A program made the position numbers and the translations under genes. The notes under the pieces were generated by a model. It was not told where the DNA came from. It worked only from the letters and a program-made list of their open reading frames with translations, and ran no database searches. Below are positions 19,322 to 21,300 of a stretch of DNA of 21,300 nucleotides, one piece after another; the stretch's first letter is position 1, and each line of letters starts with the position of its first letter. The stretch is taken from contig NIVC01003651.1 of NCBI GenBank assembly GCA_002269645.1, forward strand, positions 1-21,300, read 5' to 3'. This DNA comes from Macrostomum lignano. Taxonomy: Eukaryota.

Positions 19322-19482
19322 ATGTCATCATTTTTACCTGGGAGACAGCAAAGGTGCAGCCGCATACGTATGCTGGATCATAACTGAATCGGGGGAGGGG
19401 TCTCCGGGCGGCTGCGGATTATTTGGGATTAAATTTTCCGAGACAGATGACAACAGTTGGGAGAAAAGGTAATTACAGCTGC
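19322..19482. other. Unique GC-richer island with exon-like boundaries on both strands (+ 19322..19468 or - 19338..19482); probable exon of an unresolved gene
   Basis: Plus: tgcAG|A-CHHFYLGDSKGAAAYVCWIITESGEGSPGGCGLFGIKFSETDDNSWEK-AG|GTAATT. Minus: gcgtAG|GC-SCNYLFSQLLSSVSENLIPNNPQPPGDPSPDSVMIQHTYAAAPLLSP-AG|GTAAAA. No homology recognised. Confidence 0.3.
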
Positions 19483-19490
19483 CTACGCAT

Positions 19491-20930
<1,440 letters not shown>

Positions 20931-21021
20931 GTGAGACAGATAACAAGGCAGGCAGGCAGCTAGCTGGAGGCATCGCCAGTCCCTCCCAGCTCAAGCGAGC
21001 TCAGACACGCTTTCCAATTAC

Positions 21022-21084
21022 CAAAAACGGATAGGGCCGCAGGGCAGGCGGAGAGGAAGGCGCACAGAGCCCAGCCAGATGCTG
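21022..21084 (-). other. Candidate 63-nt exon (AASGWALCAFLSACPAALSVF-G), phase-compatible with minus exon 19338..19482
   Basis: Pyrimidine tract followed by a TAGCAG acceptor (21087-21082); donor TTG|GTAATT at 21021. Plus-strand donor-like sites also exist nearby, so the strand is unresolved. Confidence 0.2.
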
Positions 21085-21300
21085 CTAGGTAATAAAGGCA
21101 GACACTACAAAGGCAGAGATTAGGGCAGTCTGTACAAGGGGAAATTAGAAAATGTTTAGCCTTACGCTCGTAAAAATAAAGTCTCAATGCAACAAGCTTC
21201 GCCTCAGGTAAATCAATTCCTTTACCTTTCATTGAGCTGCGCTGTCTTATCAGCAAATTAAATTGAATGAGTGGAAAATCATTTACTTAATCAGAGCAAA

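Noticed and set aside
19331-19345. TTTTTACCTGG as a U1 snRNA 5' end
   Set aside because: No downstream U1 stem-loops or Sm site; explained as the reverse complement of a splice donor.

Overview
Eukaryotic (animal) genomic DNA, not prokaryotic. It has GC-rich, Ala/Arg-rich coding exons, AT-rich intergenic DNA, GT-AG introns, and roughly 40% tandem repeat (about ten mini/microsatellite arrays). This composition is reminiscent of the flatworm Macrostomum lignano, which is an inference only. Supported genes: (1) a two-exon divergent Rab10-like GTPase on the minus strand, join(11871..12053,10975..11418), 208 aa; (2) an intronless, highly diverged class-A-like 7TM receptor on the plus strand (14692..16226), split by a single-base frameshift at a GGG run; (3) a minus-strand orphan gene (about 5764..8075) with a long low-complexity N-terminus and a C-terminal alpha/beta domain that resembles TIR/SEFIR; (4) a probable multi-exon minus-strand gene (candidate exons 2832..2948, 2443..2531, 1196..1374) that the ORF track does not show and that continues off the left edge. 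There is also a 156-bp hAT-type MITE with an 8-bp TSD, a 616-bp-offset duplication with a fold-back junction, and a 1.44-kb (GATA)n tract. Most ORF-track entries are repeat translations or antisense shadows. No CRISPR array, rRNA or tRNA is evident. I found no well-supported novel multi-gene system. The best leads are the TIR-like orphan, the motif-less GPCR, acceptor sites just upstream of start codons (possible SL trans-splicing), and the repeat-strand polarity.
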